Below, one piece after another: positions 25,252 through 35,228 of a stretch of DNA of 64,000 nucleotides; position 1 is the first letter of the stretch, and the number at the start of each line of letters is the position of its first letter. Under the pieces are notes generated by a model. It ran no database searches. It had not been told where the DNA came from and worked only from the letters and a program-made list of their open reading frames with translations. Made by a program: the position numbers and the translations under genes. This stretch comes from an uncultured Thermotogae bacterium (GTDB taxonomy: Bacteria > Bipolaricaulota > Bipolaricaulia > RBG-16-55-9 > JAJCYT01), in assembly GCA_964572855.1 (NCBI GenBank), contig CAZNGF010000002.1, forward strand, positions 30,551 to 94,550. The letters are read 5' to 3'.

Positions 25252-25487
25252 TTCAGACTAGCACATCTCTTTAAGCGTGTCAATAGGGGCCACAGTGCCC
25301 AGGATCAATTCACACGCTACGGCGCTCGTGTGTGAAGGGCGTCTCTCACTGAACCATCCAGCAGCGGGGTCTGGGGCATCGGGTTCAAGACCGCCAACCG
25401 CGAGGCCAAGTAGGGGGCACCCCAGTCCGTTGGCAGCAGTAACACGCGCTGGCAATCCCTCCGTGCGCCGCCTACTCTGAAGGCCTC

Positions 25488-26276
25488 ATGCTCGCCACCA
25501 ACCTCGTCCTCGGCGTCGCCGGCGCGCTCATCGGCACCATCGCCAGCATGATCGGCGTGGGCGGCGGCATCCTCATGGTCCCGCTGCTCTCCTTCTTCTT
25601 CGTCGCCACCACGCAGGAAGCCGTCGGCACCTCCCTGGCCGCCGTCGTCGTTACCAGCCTGTTCAGCTCGCTCAATTACGGGAGAAAACGGGTCATCGAA
25701 TACCGGCTCGCCTTCGGGCTCATGCCCACCGTCATCGCCGGCGCCTGGCTCGGCGCCTGGCTCACCCAGTTCGTCACCTCCGGCGGTCTCGCGCTCGCCT
25801 TCGGCGTTCTCCTCCTCTACCCCGCCGGCATGATGGTCACCGGCCGCGAGCCCAAGGAGATCGTCAAACTCTTCCGGCTCACCCTGCCCGATCCGGACCG
25901 AGGCTACAGCCCCGTCCGCGTCGTGCTCATCGGCACCGTCGCCGGCGTGGCCTCCGGCTTCTTCGGCGTCGGCAGCGGCATTCTCATGGTCCCGGCCATG
26001 ACCCTCTTCCTCGGCGTCGACATGCTGGCCGCCGTGGCCACCAGCCTCTTGGTCATGGGCCCCTCCGCGCTCATCGCCTCGGCCCAGCACTGGGCGCTGG
26101 GGCACCTCCACGTCGAGCTCATGCTCCCCCTCGCCCTCGGCATCGTCGCCGGCGCCCAGCTCGGCCCCCGCCTGGCCATGCGCATCCCCCGCGCCCGCCT
26201 GCGCCAGGCTTTCGGCGCCGCCCTGCTCTATGCCGCCCTCAACATGATCTGGAAGGGGCTCTCCAATCTGGTCTGA
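25488..26276 (+). CDS. TauE/SafE (TSUP, DUF81) family membrane exporter.
   Basis: Two homologous 4-TM halves with the GxGGG motifs GVGGGILMVPLL and GVGSGILMVPAM. Confidence 0.75.
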   Translation: MLATNLVLGVAGALIGTIASMIGVGGGILMVPLLSFFFVATTQEAVGTSLAAVVVTSLFSSLNYGRKRVIEYRLAFGLMPTVIAGAWLGAWLTQFVTSGGLALAFGVLLLYPAGMMVTGREPKEIVKLFRLTLPDPDRGYSPVRVVLIGTVAGVASGFFGVGSGILMVPAMTLFLGVDMLAAVATSLLVMGPSALIASAQHWALGHLHVELMLPLALGIVAGAQLGPRLAMRIPRARLRQAFGAALLYAALNMIWKGLSNLV

Positions 26277-26402
26277 TCTCGGCCATCGACCTCGCTCATG
26301 GGTCAGAAACCCCATAACTTTCGCTTAACCGCATGGAAAGAAGAACGCCTGCCACAAAGGGAAACAAGCGCCGACATGCGCGGAAAATCGCTGACGGAAA
26401 CC

Positions 26403-26431
26403 TTGACTAATAGGCGAAAACATGCTTAAAT
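26403..26431 (+). promoter_or_regulatory. Candidate sigma-70-type promoter: TTGACT-N17-TTAAAT.
   Basis: It lies in a locally AT-richer intergenic region, ~95 nt upstream of the beta-propeller gene. Confidence 0.3.
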
Positions 26432-26527
26432 AAGTCGTTGAGCTAGGTCACTGTAATGGGGGAGGTGATCAAGCGCGTTCACTCAATACACAACCGCAAC
26501 AACCAAAAATCATGAGGAGGTTTAGCC

Positions 26528-27700
26528 ATGAGTCGAAGCGTTCGTTTCGTTGTGGCGTTTCTTCTAATTGTGGGAATCGCTATCGGATGGGGCAATCTGG
26601 CCGCAACTCAAAGCACGCTCACCCAAGTTTCCACCATCTCCGGATCGGAATTCACCTGGATCTTCGCCACGGTCAAGGTTGAGGACATCGCCATGTGCCA
26701 AAACGGCACCGACGCCTGGGCCATCGGTATCGGCCCCGGAGCCTTCGATGACGCCGTCTTGTTCAAGATCACCGGCGTCAACACCGCCAACCCGAGCGTC
26801 GATCAGGACTCCTTCATCGGCTTCCCCGATCCCTCGCTCGACGGTACCTTCCCCGCCGGCATGGGCCCCCGCGGCTACCCCGGCCTCGAAGTTGACACGG
26901 CCTGTCAAAACGCCTACTTCGGCAACTTCTTCGGCGACAGCGTCGTTCGGGTGAGCCTCACCACCGGCGAACTCGTCTGGCCCGAGGACTTCGACGCCGA
27001 TCCCAGCACGGGGCTGTTCACCGAGGAGCAGCGCGTCCTCTCCGCCCCAGTCGACGTCAAGCTCAACGCGCCCGCCGACGACAAACTCCTGGTCAGCTCC
27101 GCCGACGGCGCCGCCGTCATGCTGGACGCCGCCACCGGCACCGAGCTGGCCAACATCAACACCGGCGGTGTGGGCCCCGGCAGCATCGTCACCTTCGCCA
27201 ACGACTGGGGCGCCGTGCTCCAGAACGACCAGACCATCGCCTGCATCGACTTTGTGGACAACTCGGTCAGCACCGTCACCGGCCTCGGCAACAACCCCTT
27301 TATGGGCGTTGCCACCGGCGACCGGGCCCAGTTCTACGTCTCCAACCAAGGCTCGAACTCGGTCAGCGTGCTCTCCGGCAGCGGCTGCGACAAGGCGGTC
27401 GTAAAGGAGATCGAGGTCGGCGCCTCCCCGCGCCACATCGCACTCTCGCCGGACGAGGCGTTCCTCTACGTCTCCAACTCCACGGACAACACCGTCAGCG
27501 TCATCGACACGGCCGCTTTCTCGGTCATCGAGACGCTCCAGGTCGTCACCGACGAGCCGGCGCCCGTGGGCATGTTGACGGTCTCCAACAACAACCGTTA
27601 CCTCTACGTCTTCTGGGAGGGCGGCACCAAGGGCACGCCGGGGACGTTCCAGATCCAGGGGTTCGACACGAGCAAGCTCTATGGAGGCAGTCTGGACTGA
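26528..27700 (+). CDS. Secreted YVTN-family beta-propeller repeat protein.
   Basis: RBS GAGGAGG, N-terminal signal/anchor MSRSVRFVVAFLLIVGIAIGW. Repeated ~40-aa blades include …FYVSNQGSNSVSVLSGS…, LYVSNSTDNTVSVIDTA… and LYVFWEGG…. Confidence 0.7.
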   Translation: MSRSVRFVVAFLLIVGIAIGWGNLAATQSTLTQVSTISGSEFTWIFATVKVEDIAMCQNGTDAWAIGIGPGAFDDAVLFKITGVNTANPSVDQDSFIGFPDPSLDGTFPAGMGPRGYPGLEVDTACQNAYFGNFFGDSVVRVSLTTGELVWPEDFDADPSTGLFTEEQRVLSAPVDVKLNAPADDKLLVSSADGAAVMLDAATGTELANINTGGVGPGSIVTFANDWGAVLQNDQTIACIDFVDNSVSTVTGLGNNPFMGVATGDRAQFYVSNQGSNSVSVLSGSGCDKAVVKEIEVGASPRHIALSPDEAFLYVSNSTDNTVSVIDTAAFSVIETLQVVTDEPAPVGMLTVSNNNRYLYVFWEGGTKGTPGTFQIQGFDTSKLYGGSLD

Positions 27701-27827
27701 TCGCACACGATGTCAGAAGGCCGCCATGGGCGGTGACTGTGAAAACCACATCCCTTGGGTCAGGAGCTTCCGAGGCCCCGTGATCCCAAGAACGAGATGA
27801 CAAAACCATTTCAGGGAGGTTTAAGCC

Positions 27828-29738
27828 ATGCGCAAAGCTTTCTTTCGCTTCGGAGCACTTGGGCTCCTAACCCTGGTGTTGCTGTTGGGCGCCTTCAGCA
27901 CGGTGGCGCAGCAGTCCGACGTGCTCACCATCGCCGTTCACGAGGACATGAAGGGCGCCACCAACTTCATCGCCAGCAACAACGGCCAGAACAACACCGT
28001 TTGGAATCGATACGTGCTCGGCGGCTCTCACATGAGCCTCTACGGCCTCACGCCCGTCTCCAACCAGCCCTTCCCCCTGCTCGCCGCCGACTTCGCCTCG
28101 CCGTTCGAGCAGGAAGGCGACTTCTTCACCTCCACGGTCGAGCTGCTCCAGGGCGTGCAGTGGACCGACGGTACCGAGGTCACCGCCGACGACGTGGCCT
28201 TTTCCTACAACAACATGGTCCGCCCCGTCGAGGCCACCGGTCGACCACTCGCCCAGGAGTTGGGCGGTTCCTTCTCGCAGCAGATCGACGCCGCCTTCCT
28301 CGAACGGGTCGACGTTGTGGACGACCACACCGTCAAGTTCGTCTTGAAAGAGGTGCCGGGCTTCTCCATCTGGGAGTTCAACATGCTCCAGGCTTGGGTC
28401 TTTCAGAAGGCCTTCTGGGAGGACCGCTTCGAGCAGGCCTTCGCCTCCGAGGATCCCGTGCTCACCCTTTCTAGCTTCGAGGTGCTAGCCGAGGAGCCCA
28501 TCAACGGCCCCTTTGCCTTCGTCGACCGTGAGCCGGGCGCCTTCGCCGAGGTCGGCGCCAACCCGAATTACTTCTTCAAGGGACGCATCCAGCGCGAATA
28601 CAGCACGGGCGGCTACGAAGAGGTGCTGCCCGACGGCACGACGCGTTCCGTCGGCGACATCAGTGGCGAGCTCATCCTCGAGGTCGAGGAAGGTCCGTTC
28701 GTCGATTCGGTCGTCTACAGCCTGTTCGGCAGCCAGGGCGAGGCCGCCCAGGCCGTCATCGACGGGGTGGCCGACTTCCAGCTCAACAACCTGGGCTTCG
28801 GTTTGGCCAGCATCCGTGACTTCCAGAGCGCCGAGAACGTCGGCCTGGCCGAGAACCCCGACTCCGGCTTCTTCTACATGTCCTTCAACCTGCGCAAGGC
28901 GCCGTTCAACTACCTGGCCTTCCGCAAGGCCGTGCGCTGCGTGCTGGACATCCAGGCCGTCGCCGAGCAGCAGCTCTCGGGCCAAGTCATCCCGGCCTAC
29001 AGCACCGTGGCCCAGTCCCTGGGCTCCTGGCACGAAGACTTGCTCGCTGACGAGGCCAACCGCGAAGCGGCCTGCATCGGCCTCAGCGAGCAGGACAAGA
29101 TCGCGCGCGCGCGCCAAATGCTGACCGACGCCGGCTTCGAGTTCGATGGCAACCGCTTGGCCCGCGACCCGGAGGGCAACGCCATCCGGCAGCTTGAGCT
29201 CCTCCACCCCAACGCGGCCTACGACAACAACCGCAACATCTACGGCCTGCACATCAACGACCGGCTCAACAAGCTCGGCATTCCGGTACGGGACGTGCCG
29301 GCCGGCTTCAACAACATCGTCACCCTCGTGTTCGCCCAGCAGGACTTCGACATGTGGCAGCTGGGCTGGACCGGCGGTGTGGAGCCAACCTTCAACGTCG
29401 TCGACCTGTTCACCCTGGAAAACACGCAGCCAAACGGAAACGCGGCCCAGGGCGGCGTCTGCAGTCCCCGCGAGAACGCGGACAACGGCTGCCAGGACCG
29501 CTACGAGGAGCTGGCCAACCAGTTCAAGGCGGCCACCTCCGTCGAGGAGGCCATTCCGCTGGCCATCGAGATGCAGCAGGCCATCTTCGACAACGTGGCC
29601 TACATCCCCACGCACAACACGATCCAGTTCGACGCCTATCGTGCCGATCAACTCGATTTCCAGGGTTTGGCAGAAGCCTCGCTGCTCAACGGCTTGCAAT
29701 TCAACGACGGCTATCGCGAGTTCGTCCGCCTCAAGTAG
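27828..29738 (+). CDS. ABC transporter substrate-binding protein, family 5 (oligopeptide/dipeptide, OppA/DppA-like).
   Basis: 636 aa, signal peptide MRKAFFRFGALGLLTLVLLLGAFSTVAQQ. The SBP_bac_5-type fold is long and divergent. It is followed by the oppBCDF-type genes. Confidence 0.7.
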   Translation: MRKAFFRFGALGLLTLVLLLGAFSTVAQQSDVLTIAVHEDMKGATNFIASNNGQNNTVWNRYVLGGSHMSLYGLTPVSNQPFPLLAADFASPFEQEGDFFTSTVELLQGVQWTDGTEVTADDVAFSYNNMVRPVEATGRPLAQELGGSFSQQIDAAFLERVDVVDDHTVKFVLKEVPGFSIWEFNMLQAWVFQKAFWEDRFEQAFASEDPVLTLSSFEVLAEEPINGPFAFVDREPGAFAEVGANPNYFFKGRIQREYSTGGYEEVLPDGTTRSVGDISGELILEVEEGPFVDSVVYSLFGSQGEAAQAVIDGVADFQLNNLGFGLASIRDFQSAENVGLAENPDSGFFYMSFNLRKAPFNYLAFRKAVRCVLDIQAVAEQQLSGQVIPAYSTVAQSLGSWHEDLLADEANREAACIGLSEQDKIARARQMLTDAGFEFDGNRLARDPEGNAIRQLELLHPNAAYDNNRNIYGLHINDRLNKLGIPVRDVPAGFNNIVTLVFAQQDFDMWQLGWTGGVEPTFNVVDLFTLENTQPNGNAAQGGVCSPRENADNGCQDRYEELANQFKAATSVEEAIPLAIEMQQAIFDNVAYIPTHNTIQFDAYRADQLDFQGLAEASLLNGLQFNDGYREFVRLK

Positions 29739-29874
29739 AGGGCGTATCATGACGCGGAGATCGCGTTGACAAGGGGAGGAGGGGGTCTCATCTCCCTCCT
29801 CCCCGCTTTGAAAAGGGTTCGCGCCCGCATACAATGGCTCCTCGACCGCAAAGTGAACGGGCCGGTGATCCGCT

Positions 29875-31032
29875 TTGAGAAAGTACTTGGCCAAACGCGT
29901 GCTGCAGATGGTGTTGACGCTGTTCGTCTTCATGACCATCGTCTTCCTCATCCTGCAAGCCCAACCCGGCGACATCTCTAACATCTACCTGGCCAGCCCC
30001 AACATCCCGCCCGAGGCCAAACAGGCCCTGCAGGAGCGCCTCGGGTTAGATCAGCCGCTGCACATCCAGTACTTGAACTACCTCAGAAACGTGCTCACGG
30101 GCAACCTCGGCGTCTCCTTCAGCGATTACCCACGGCCCGTCTGGGACATCATCGTCGAACGCCTGCCACGCACGTTCGTCCTGTTCATGGTCGCCACGCT
30201 CACCTACTACTTTTTCGGGTTCAAGCTCGGCAAACTCATCGCCTGGCGCCGCGGCGGCGTGATCGACTATGGGGCCACCATCAGCGGCGTGATCCTGTTC
30301 ACGGCCTACACGCCCTGGTTCGCCCTGCTCTTGCTCTGGATTTTCTCCAGCAAGCTCGGCTGGTTCCCGCGCGGCAAGTTCCTGGATCCGTTGCTCTGGC
30401 GCCACTTCGACATCAGCGCCAACTCGGTATTCGGCCTCATTATCACGATCGGTCTCGCCATCTTCGCGCTGCTCACCGCCATCTACATCGCCCAGCGCAA
30501 GCTCCGGCTTCGCCCGCTCACCAAGATCGGCCTCAACCTGCTCAGCGTGGCCATCATCCTGGCCGTGCTCGTCCCGCTCGCGCTTCAGACCGACATCGGC
30601 ACCCTCGCGCTCGACATCCTCTGGCACTTGGTCTTGCCCGTGACCACCATCCTCCTCATTGGCTTCGGCGGCGCCATGCTCATCATGCGCGACAGCATGC
30701 TCGACGTCATCAAGGAGGACTACGTCCTGGCCGCGCGCGCCAAGGGCTTGCCCAGCAAGGTGGTCCGCGACCGGCACGCCGCGCGCAACGCCCTGCTGCC
30801 CGTGCTCACCAGCTTCGTGCTCGCCCTCGCCTTCACCGTGGACGGCGGGATTATCACCGAGACCGTGTTCTCATGGCCTGGCATGGGCCTCACCCTCATC
30901 AACGCCGTCGGAAACCAGGACATCCCCCTAGCGGTGGGTGTTTTCGTGTTCACGGGGATCTTCGCACTCATCGCGCACTTGATCGCCGACGTGCTCTACG
31001 CTTACTTGGATCCCCGCATCCGCTACGATTAG
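29875..31032 (+). CDS. Peptide ABC transporter permease (OppB/DppB family).
   Basis: N-terminus MRKYLAKRVLQMVLTLFVFMTIVFLI and the BPD-transporter EAA-like region (DYVLAARAKGL…). 385 aa. Confidence 0.8.
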   Translation: MRKYLAKRVLQMVLTLFVFMTIVFLILQAQPGDISNIYLASPNIPPEAKQALQERLGLDQPLHIQYLNYLRNVLTGNLGVSFSDYPRPVWDIIVERLPRTFVLFMVATLTYYFFGFKLGKLIAWRRGGVIDYGATISGVILFTAYTPWFALLLLWIFSSKLGWFPRGKFLDPLLWRHFDISANSVFGLIITIGLAIFALLTAIYIAQRKLRLRPLTKIGLNLLSVAIILAVLVPLALQTDIGTLALDILWHLVLPVTTILLIGFGGAMLIMRDSMLDVIKEDYVLAARAKGLPSKVVRDRHAARNALLPVLTSFVLALAFTVDGGIITETVFSWPGMGLTLINAVGNQDIPLAVGVFVFTGIFALIAHLIADVLYAYLDPRIRYD

Positions 31033-31045
31033 GAGGAAATAGGCC

Positions 31046-31999
31046 GTGACAACGCAAGCAAAATCCGGCTTCAAACCCCAACCGCTCTGGCGGGTTCGGC
31101 TGCGGCTCCTGCGCCGCAGCTTCGCCAAGAACTGGGAGCTATTCCGGGAAACCCGCATCGGCCTCATCGGCCTCATCATCATCGTCCTCTACGGCGGGCT
31201 TGCCCTGGCGCACCCCATCTTAATGAACTTCGTCTGGGATACGAACATCTACGACCCCGTGGTGGGCTACGACCCCGCGCTCACCCACCCGTCGACGCCC
31301 TCCGCCGCCCATTGGCTCGGCACGGATCCCTGGGGGCGCGACGTGTTCTCACAGCTCGCCCACAGCGCGGCCGCCGAGTTCTTCCTCGGCGTGCTCGCCG
31401 CCGTCATCACCGTGGTCATCGGCACGGCCGTGGCTTCCGCGGCCGCCTACTACGGCGGCTTCGTCGACACATTCTTCATGCGGCTCGCCGACGTCGCCTT
31501 GTTGTTCCCGCTCATCGCCTTCCTCGTCGTGTTGGGCAGCCTCATCGACCTCAACATCTTCATGCTGGCGCTCGTGCTCGGGCTCATCAGCGGCTTCGGC
31601 GGCATCGCCATCGTGCTCAAGTCGCAGGCACTGGCCATCAAGGTCAAGCCCTTCGTCGAGGCGGCCAGGATCTCCGGGGGGAGTAGCTTCCACATCATTC
31701 TGTCCCACATTATCCCCAACATCCTTCCCCTGACCTTTCTCTACATGATGTTCACCGTCACCACGGCCATCTTCTCCGAGGCCGTGCTGAGTTTTCTGGG
31801 CGTGCTCCAGATCCAGATGAGCTGGGGCATCATGGTCCACATGGCGGAAATCGGCGGGTACCTGCGCGGGGACTGGGTCATCAAGGCCTGGTGGCTCTTC
31901 TTCCCGGCTTCGGTTTCGATCACGGCGCTCTGCGCCGCGTTTTACTTCGTCGGCCGCGGTTTGGACGAGATCGTCAACCCGCGGCTGCGCAAGGTCTGA
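31046..31999 (+). CDS. Peptide ABC transporter permease (OppC/DppC family).
   Basis: 317 aa, 6 TM. OppC-like conserved region …EAARISGGSSFHIILSHIIPN…. Confidence 0.8.
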   Translation: MTTQAKSGFKPQPLWRVRLRLLRRSFAKNWELFRETRIGLIGLIIIVLYGGLALAHPILMNFVWDTNIYDPVVGYDPALTHPSTPSAAHWLGTDPWGRDVFSQLAHSAAAEFFLGVLAAVITVVIGTAVASAAAYYGGFVDTFFMRLADVALLFPLIAFLVVLGSLIDLNIFMLALVLGLISGFGGIAIVLKSQALAIKVKPFVEAARISGGSSFHIILSHIIPNILPLTFLYMMFTVTTAIFSEAVLSFLGVLQIQMSWGIMVHMAEIGGYLRGDWVIKAWWLFFPASVSITALCAAFYFVGRGLDEIVNPRLRKV

Positions 32000-32009
32000 T
32001 GGAGGGCTT

Positions 32010-32981
32010 TTGGCACTGCTGGACGTTGTCGACCTGACCATCCACTACCGCACCAAGAAGGGCGAGGTGAGCGCCGTCCAAACCGCCTCTTTCTCGCTCG
32101 AACAGGGCGAGTCACTCGGCCTCGTCGGCGAATCGGGCTGCGGCAAGACCACGCTCGCGCTCGCGCTCATGCGCCTGCTGCCCGAGAACGGCTACATCCG
32201 CGCCGGCCAGATCTTGTTCCAGGGGCAGGACCTGGCGCGCCTGCCCGAGGAGAAGGTCCGCCAGATCCGCTGGAGCGGCATCTCCATGGTGTTCCAGGCC
32301 GCCATGAACGCGCTCAACCCCGTCTACCGCGTCGGCGACCAGATCATCGAGGCCATCCAGGCCCACGAGAAGATGCCACACGTCGAGGCGCGCCAGCGCG
32401 TCGCCGAGCTCTTCGAGCTCGTCGGCATCAACCCCAACCGCATGGACGCCTATCCGCACGAGTACTCCGGCGGCATGCGGCAGCGCGCCGTCATCGCCAT
32501 GGCCCTCGCCTGCTACCCTTCGCTCATCGTCGCCGACGAGCCCACCACCGCGCTCGACGTGATCGTTCAAGACCGCATACTGCGGCGCATGGAAGAGCTG
32601 CGGCAACGGCTCAACATGGCCATGATCTACATCTCGCACGACATCGCCGTCATCGCCGAGGTCGCCGACAAGATCGGCGTCATGTACGCCGGCAAGATGG
32701 TCGAGTTCGGCACCGCCGAGGCCATCTTCAAGCGCCCGCAGCACCCCTACACCGTGGCCTTGATGTCTTCCTTCCCCAGCATCCAGGGGGACAAACACGA
32801 CCTTGTCACCATCCCCGGCGAGCCGCCCAATTTGCTCAACCCGCCGCCCGGCTGCCGCTTCCACCCGCGCTGCCCCTACGTCACCGGGCAGTGCAAGCAG
32901 CAGGAACCCCTGCTCGAGCGCCACAGTGATGAGCAGTTGGCGGCCTGCTGGCATCCCGTCAAGGGCAAGGTTGAGGTTTGA
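32010..32981 (+). CDS. Peptide ABC transporter ATP-binding protein (OppD/DppD family).
   Basis: Walker [10 protein letters not shown], signature [12 protein letters not shown], Walker [12 protein letters not shown], and a C-terminal oligopeptide-transporter extension with a CxxC-like [11 protein letters not shown]. Confidence 0.85.
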   Translation: MALLDVVDLTIHYRTKKGEVSAVQTASFSLEQGESLGLVGESGCGKTTLALALMRLLPENGYIRAGQILFQGQDLARLPEEKVRQIRWSGISMVFQAAMNALNPVYRVGDQIIEAIQAHEKMPHVEARQRVAELFELVGINPNRMDAYPHEYSGGMRQRAVIAMALACYPSLIVADEPTTALDVIVQDRILRRMEELRQRLNMAMIYISHDIAVIAEVADKIGVMYAGKMVEFGTAEAIFKRPQHPYTVALMSSFPSIQGDKHDLVTIPGEPPNLLNPPPGCRFHPRCPYVTGQCKQQEPLLERHSDEQLAACWHPVKGKVEV

Positions 32982-34312
32982 TCTCCATGGCAAACCAAAC
33001 CGGCAACGCCCCCGTTATCCGCGTCCACAACGTCAGCAAGCACTTCAAGCTCCAGCAGGGCGTGTTCATCCGCAGCAAGCCCGTGTTCGTCCACGCCGTC
33101 GACGGCGTCACCTTCGATATCCTAAACGGGGAGAGTTTCGGCCTCGTCGGCGAGTCCGGCTGCGGCAAGACCACCATGGGCTCACTCATCGTGCGCTTGC
33201 TCGAGCCCTCGAACGGCACGATCCACATGCACGACCCCGACGTGCAGGGGTTCGTCCTGCGCCGAGACGACGCGCCCCTCGGCGCCCTGGCCCTCAAGCG
33301 GGCCGAGGCCACCAAGCGCGGGATCACCGTGGTCGACGCCGTGCCCGCGCCGCACATCGACCCCGCGCGCTTCAAGCAAGAGGCCCGCCAGCTCGTCTCC
33401 CAGTCGCTGGACGACGGGCACAACCCCCTCGAAAGCGTACCCCTCCGGCTCCAGCGCAACGGGCACGCCTTCACGCTCGAGCGCGCTGCGACGCTCGAGC
33501 TTCCCGAAGGCGCTTCCGCACAGCCCGATTGGCAGCGCTGGCTCGAGCGCGCCCACGCCCTCGAGTACACCAACATCGCCCACGTCGAGGGCGCACGACT
33601 CAAGCGCTTTCGCCGCCGGGTCCAGATGATCTTTCAGGACCCCTACGGCTCGCTCAACCCGCGCCGCACGATCTACGACATCGTCGCCGAACCGCTCGTC
33701 GTTCAGAAAATCGGGACCGTAGTCGAACGCGAACACCAGGTCATGGAGATGCTCGACCTCGTCGGCCTCTCGCCGCCCGAGAGCTTCATGTTCCGCTACC
33801 CGCACGAGCTCAGCGGCGGCCAGCGCCAGCGGGTAGCCATCGCGCGGGCCATCATCGTCCGCCCGCAGTTCGTCGTGGCCGACGAGCCCACCTCGATGCT
33901 CGATGTCTCGATCCGCACCGGCATCATGAAGCTCATGGGGATGCTCAAACAGGAATTCGGCATGAGTTATCTCTACATCACGCACGATCTGGCCGTCGCG
34001 CGCTACATGTGCGAACGAATCGCGGTTATGTACCTGGGCAAGATCGTCGAGATGGGGCCCACCGAGGAGGTGCTGCACAACCCGCTCCACCCCTACACCA
34101 AGGCCCTCATCGCCGCCGTCCCGATCCCCGACCCGACCTTCGAGCGTGAGCCCATCGAGCTCAAGGGCAGCATCTCCAAGGCCATCGACCCGCCGCCCCA
34201 GTGCCGCTTCTACGAGCGCTGTCCGATCGCGACCGAACGCTGCCGCACCCAGGACCATCCACCGCTGGTCGACCACGGCGACGGGCACTTCGCGGCCTGC
34301 TACGAGGCATAG
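32978..34312 (+). CDS. Peptide ABC transporter ATP-binding protein (OppF/DppF family) with a ~110-aa insertion in the NBD.
   Basis: Walker [10 protein letters not shown], signature [12 protein letters not shown], Walker [12 protein letters not shown] and C-terminal [11 protein letters not shown]. It is 444 aa, against ~330 typical, because of an insertion between Walker A and the Q-loop. Confidence 0.8.
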   Translation: MISMANQTGNAPVIRVHNVSKHFKLQQGVFIRSKPVFVHAVDGVTFDILNGESFGLVGESGCGKTTMGSLIVRLLEPSNGTIHMHDPDVQGFVLRRDDAPLGALALKRAEATKRGITVVDAVPAPHIDPARFKQEARQLVSQSLDDGHNPLESVPLRLQRNGHAFTLERAATLELPEGASAQPDWQRWLERAHALEYTNIAHVEGARLKRFRRRVQMIFQDPYGSLNPRRTIYDIVAEPLVVQKIGTVVEREHQVMEMLDLVGLSPPESFMFRYPHELSGGQRQRVAIARAIIVRPQFVVADEPTSMLDVSIRTGIMKLMGMLKQEFGMSYLYITHDLAVARYMCERIAVMYLGKIVEMGPTEEVLHNPLHPYTKALIAAVPIPDPTFEREPIELKGSISKAIDPPPQCRFYERCPIATERCRTQDHPPLVDHGDGHFAACYEA

Positions 34313-34313
34313 C

Positions 34314-34811
34314 ATGCGCCCGCGTTGGGTCTGGGTCGGCGCGTGCGCCGTGGCCGTCGCCCTGCTGCTCCTGCTCGCCCGCACCGAGGCCCGCTACCTG
34401 CGCTTCATCGACAGCTTGGACGAGGTCGAAACCGAACTCACCCTGGCGGAGACCGCCCCCGACCCGGCCGACCCGCAACGCATCCTGCTCCGCTTCGAGC
34501 TCCGCGTCGCCAACCGCTCCGAGCTGCCCGTCGCGCTGGAGGCCTACTCCGTCAACGTCATCATCGGGGAGGAGCACGTCTCGCTGCAGGCCAGCGAGAC
34601 GGTTACCGACATCCCCCAGCGCGAAGCGCGCACCTTCGAGCTCGTCGTCCCGCTCTCGCCGGCCCGGCGCCAAACCTACGCCGACGCGGCCGAGCAAGGC
34701 TTGGCCCTTCGGCTCGACGGGCGCGCGCGCGTCCGCTTCGACCTCGAGAACGTGGCGTTGAAAGCGTTTTACCCCATTGAGAAGTCATTCCCGCTCGGAG
34801 GAGCACAGTGA
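34314..34811 (+). CDS. Membrane-anchored LEA_2-like (LEA14 / water-stress-hypersensitive-response domain) protein.
   Basis: N-terminal TM anchor MRPRWVWVGACAVAVALLLLLA, then a ~130-aa beta-sandwich-like region (…ILLRFELRVANRSELPVALEAYSVNVIIGEE…RARVRFDL…). This resembles bacterial LEA type-2 proteins, though the assignment is tentative. Confidence 0.4.
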   Translation: MRPRWVWVGACAVAVALLLLLARTEARYLRFIDSLDEVETELTLAETAPDPADPQRILLRFELRVANRSELPVALEAYSVNVIIGEEHVSLQASETVTDIPQREARTFELVVPLSPARRQTYADAAEQGLALRLDGRARVRFDLENVALKAFYPIEKSFPLGGAQ

Positions 34812-35227
34812 AGCTGCATTGGGAGCCCACCCCCGCCCAAGCCAGGTTGCAACGCGTGCGTTCCACGGCCTACGCCGGCGTCCTCGCCGGGGTTATCATG
34901 GGGGCGGGCAACGCGCTCGCGCTGCTGGGGGATTTTTCCGCGCTCCCCAGGGTGTTCGGCCAAGCCGCCGCGTTTTTGGCCGGCCTGTTCACGGGCCGCA
35001 CCACGCCGCACTTGAGCCTGAGCCTCGCCGCCATGCTCCTGGCCACGCTCGTGAGCGCCGCCGTCAGCACGCTCTCGCTCGTCTTTCCCGAGTTCTACGT
35101 CGACCACCTCGGCCTCGAACTGGCGCTCGACCTCTCGCTCGGGCGGGCGATCCTCACCTCGCTCGGCGGGATGCCCTTTCTCGCCGGCGGCATCCTCCTC
35201 GTCAAGTTTCTCACGCGCTTCGACTGA
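34808..35227 (+). CDS. Hypothetical small membrane protein (3-4 TM).
   Basis: GTG 34808 overlaps the preceding stop. Hydrophobic segments AGVLAGVIMGAGNALALLG, AAAFLAGLF and AILTSLGGMPFLAGGILLV. Confidence 0.4.
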   Translation: MKLHWEPTPAQARLQRVRSTAYAGVLAGVIMGAGNALALLGDFSALPRVFGQAAAFLAGLFTGRTTPHLSLSLAAMLLATLVSAAVSTLSLVFPEFYVDHLGLELALDLSLGRAILTSLGGMPFLAGGILLVKFLTRFD

Positions 35228-35228
35228 G

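Noticed and set aside
25317-26315. 332-aa minus ORF antisense to the TauE gene (G/E/D/A-rich).
   Set aside because: Low complexity, no start signal, and fully overlapped by a well-supported membrane protein gene.
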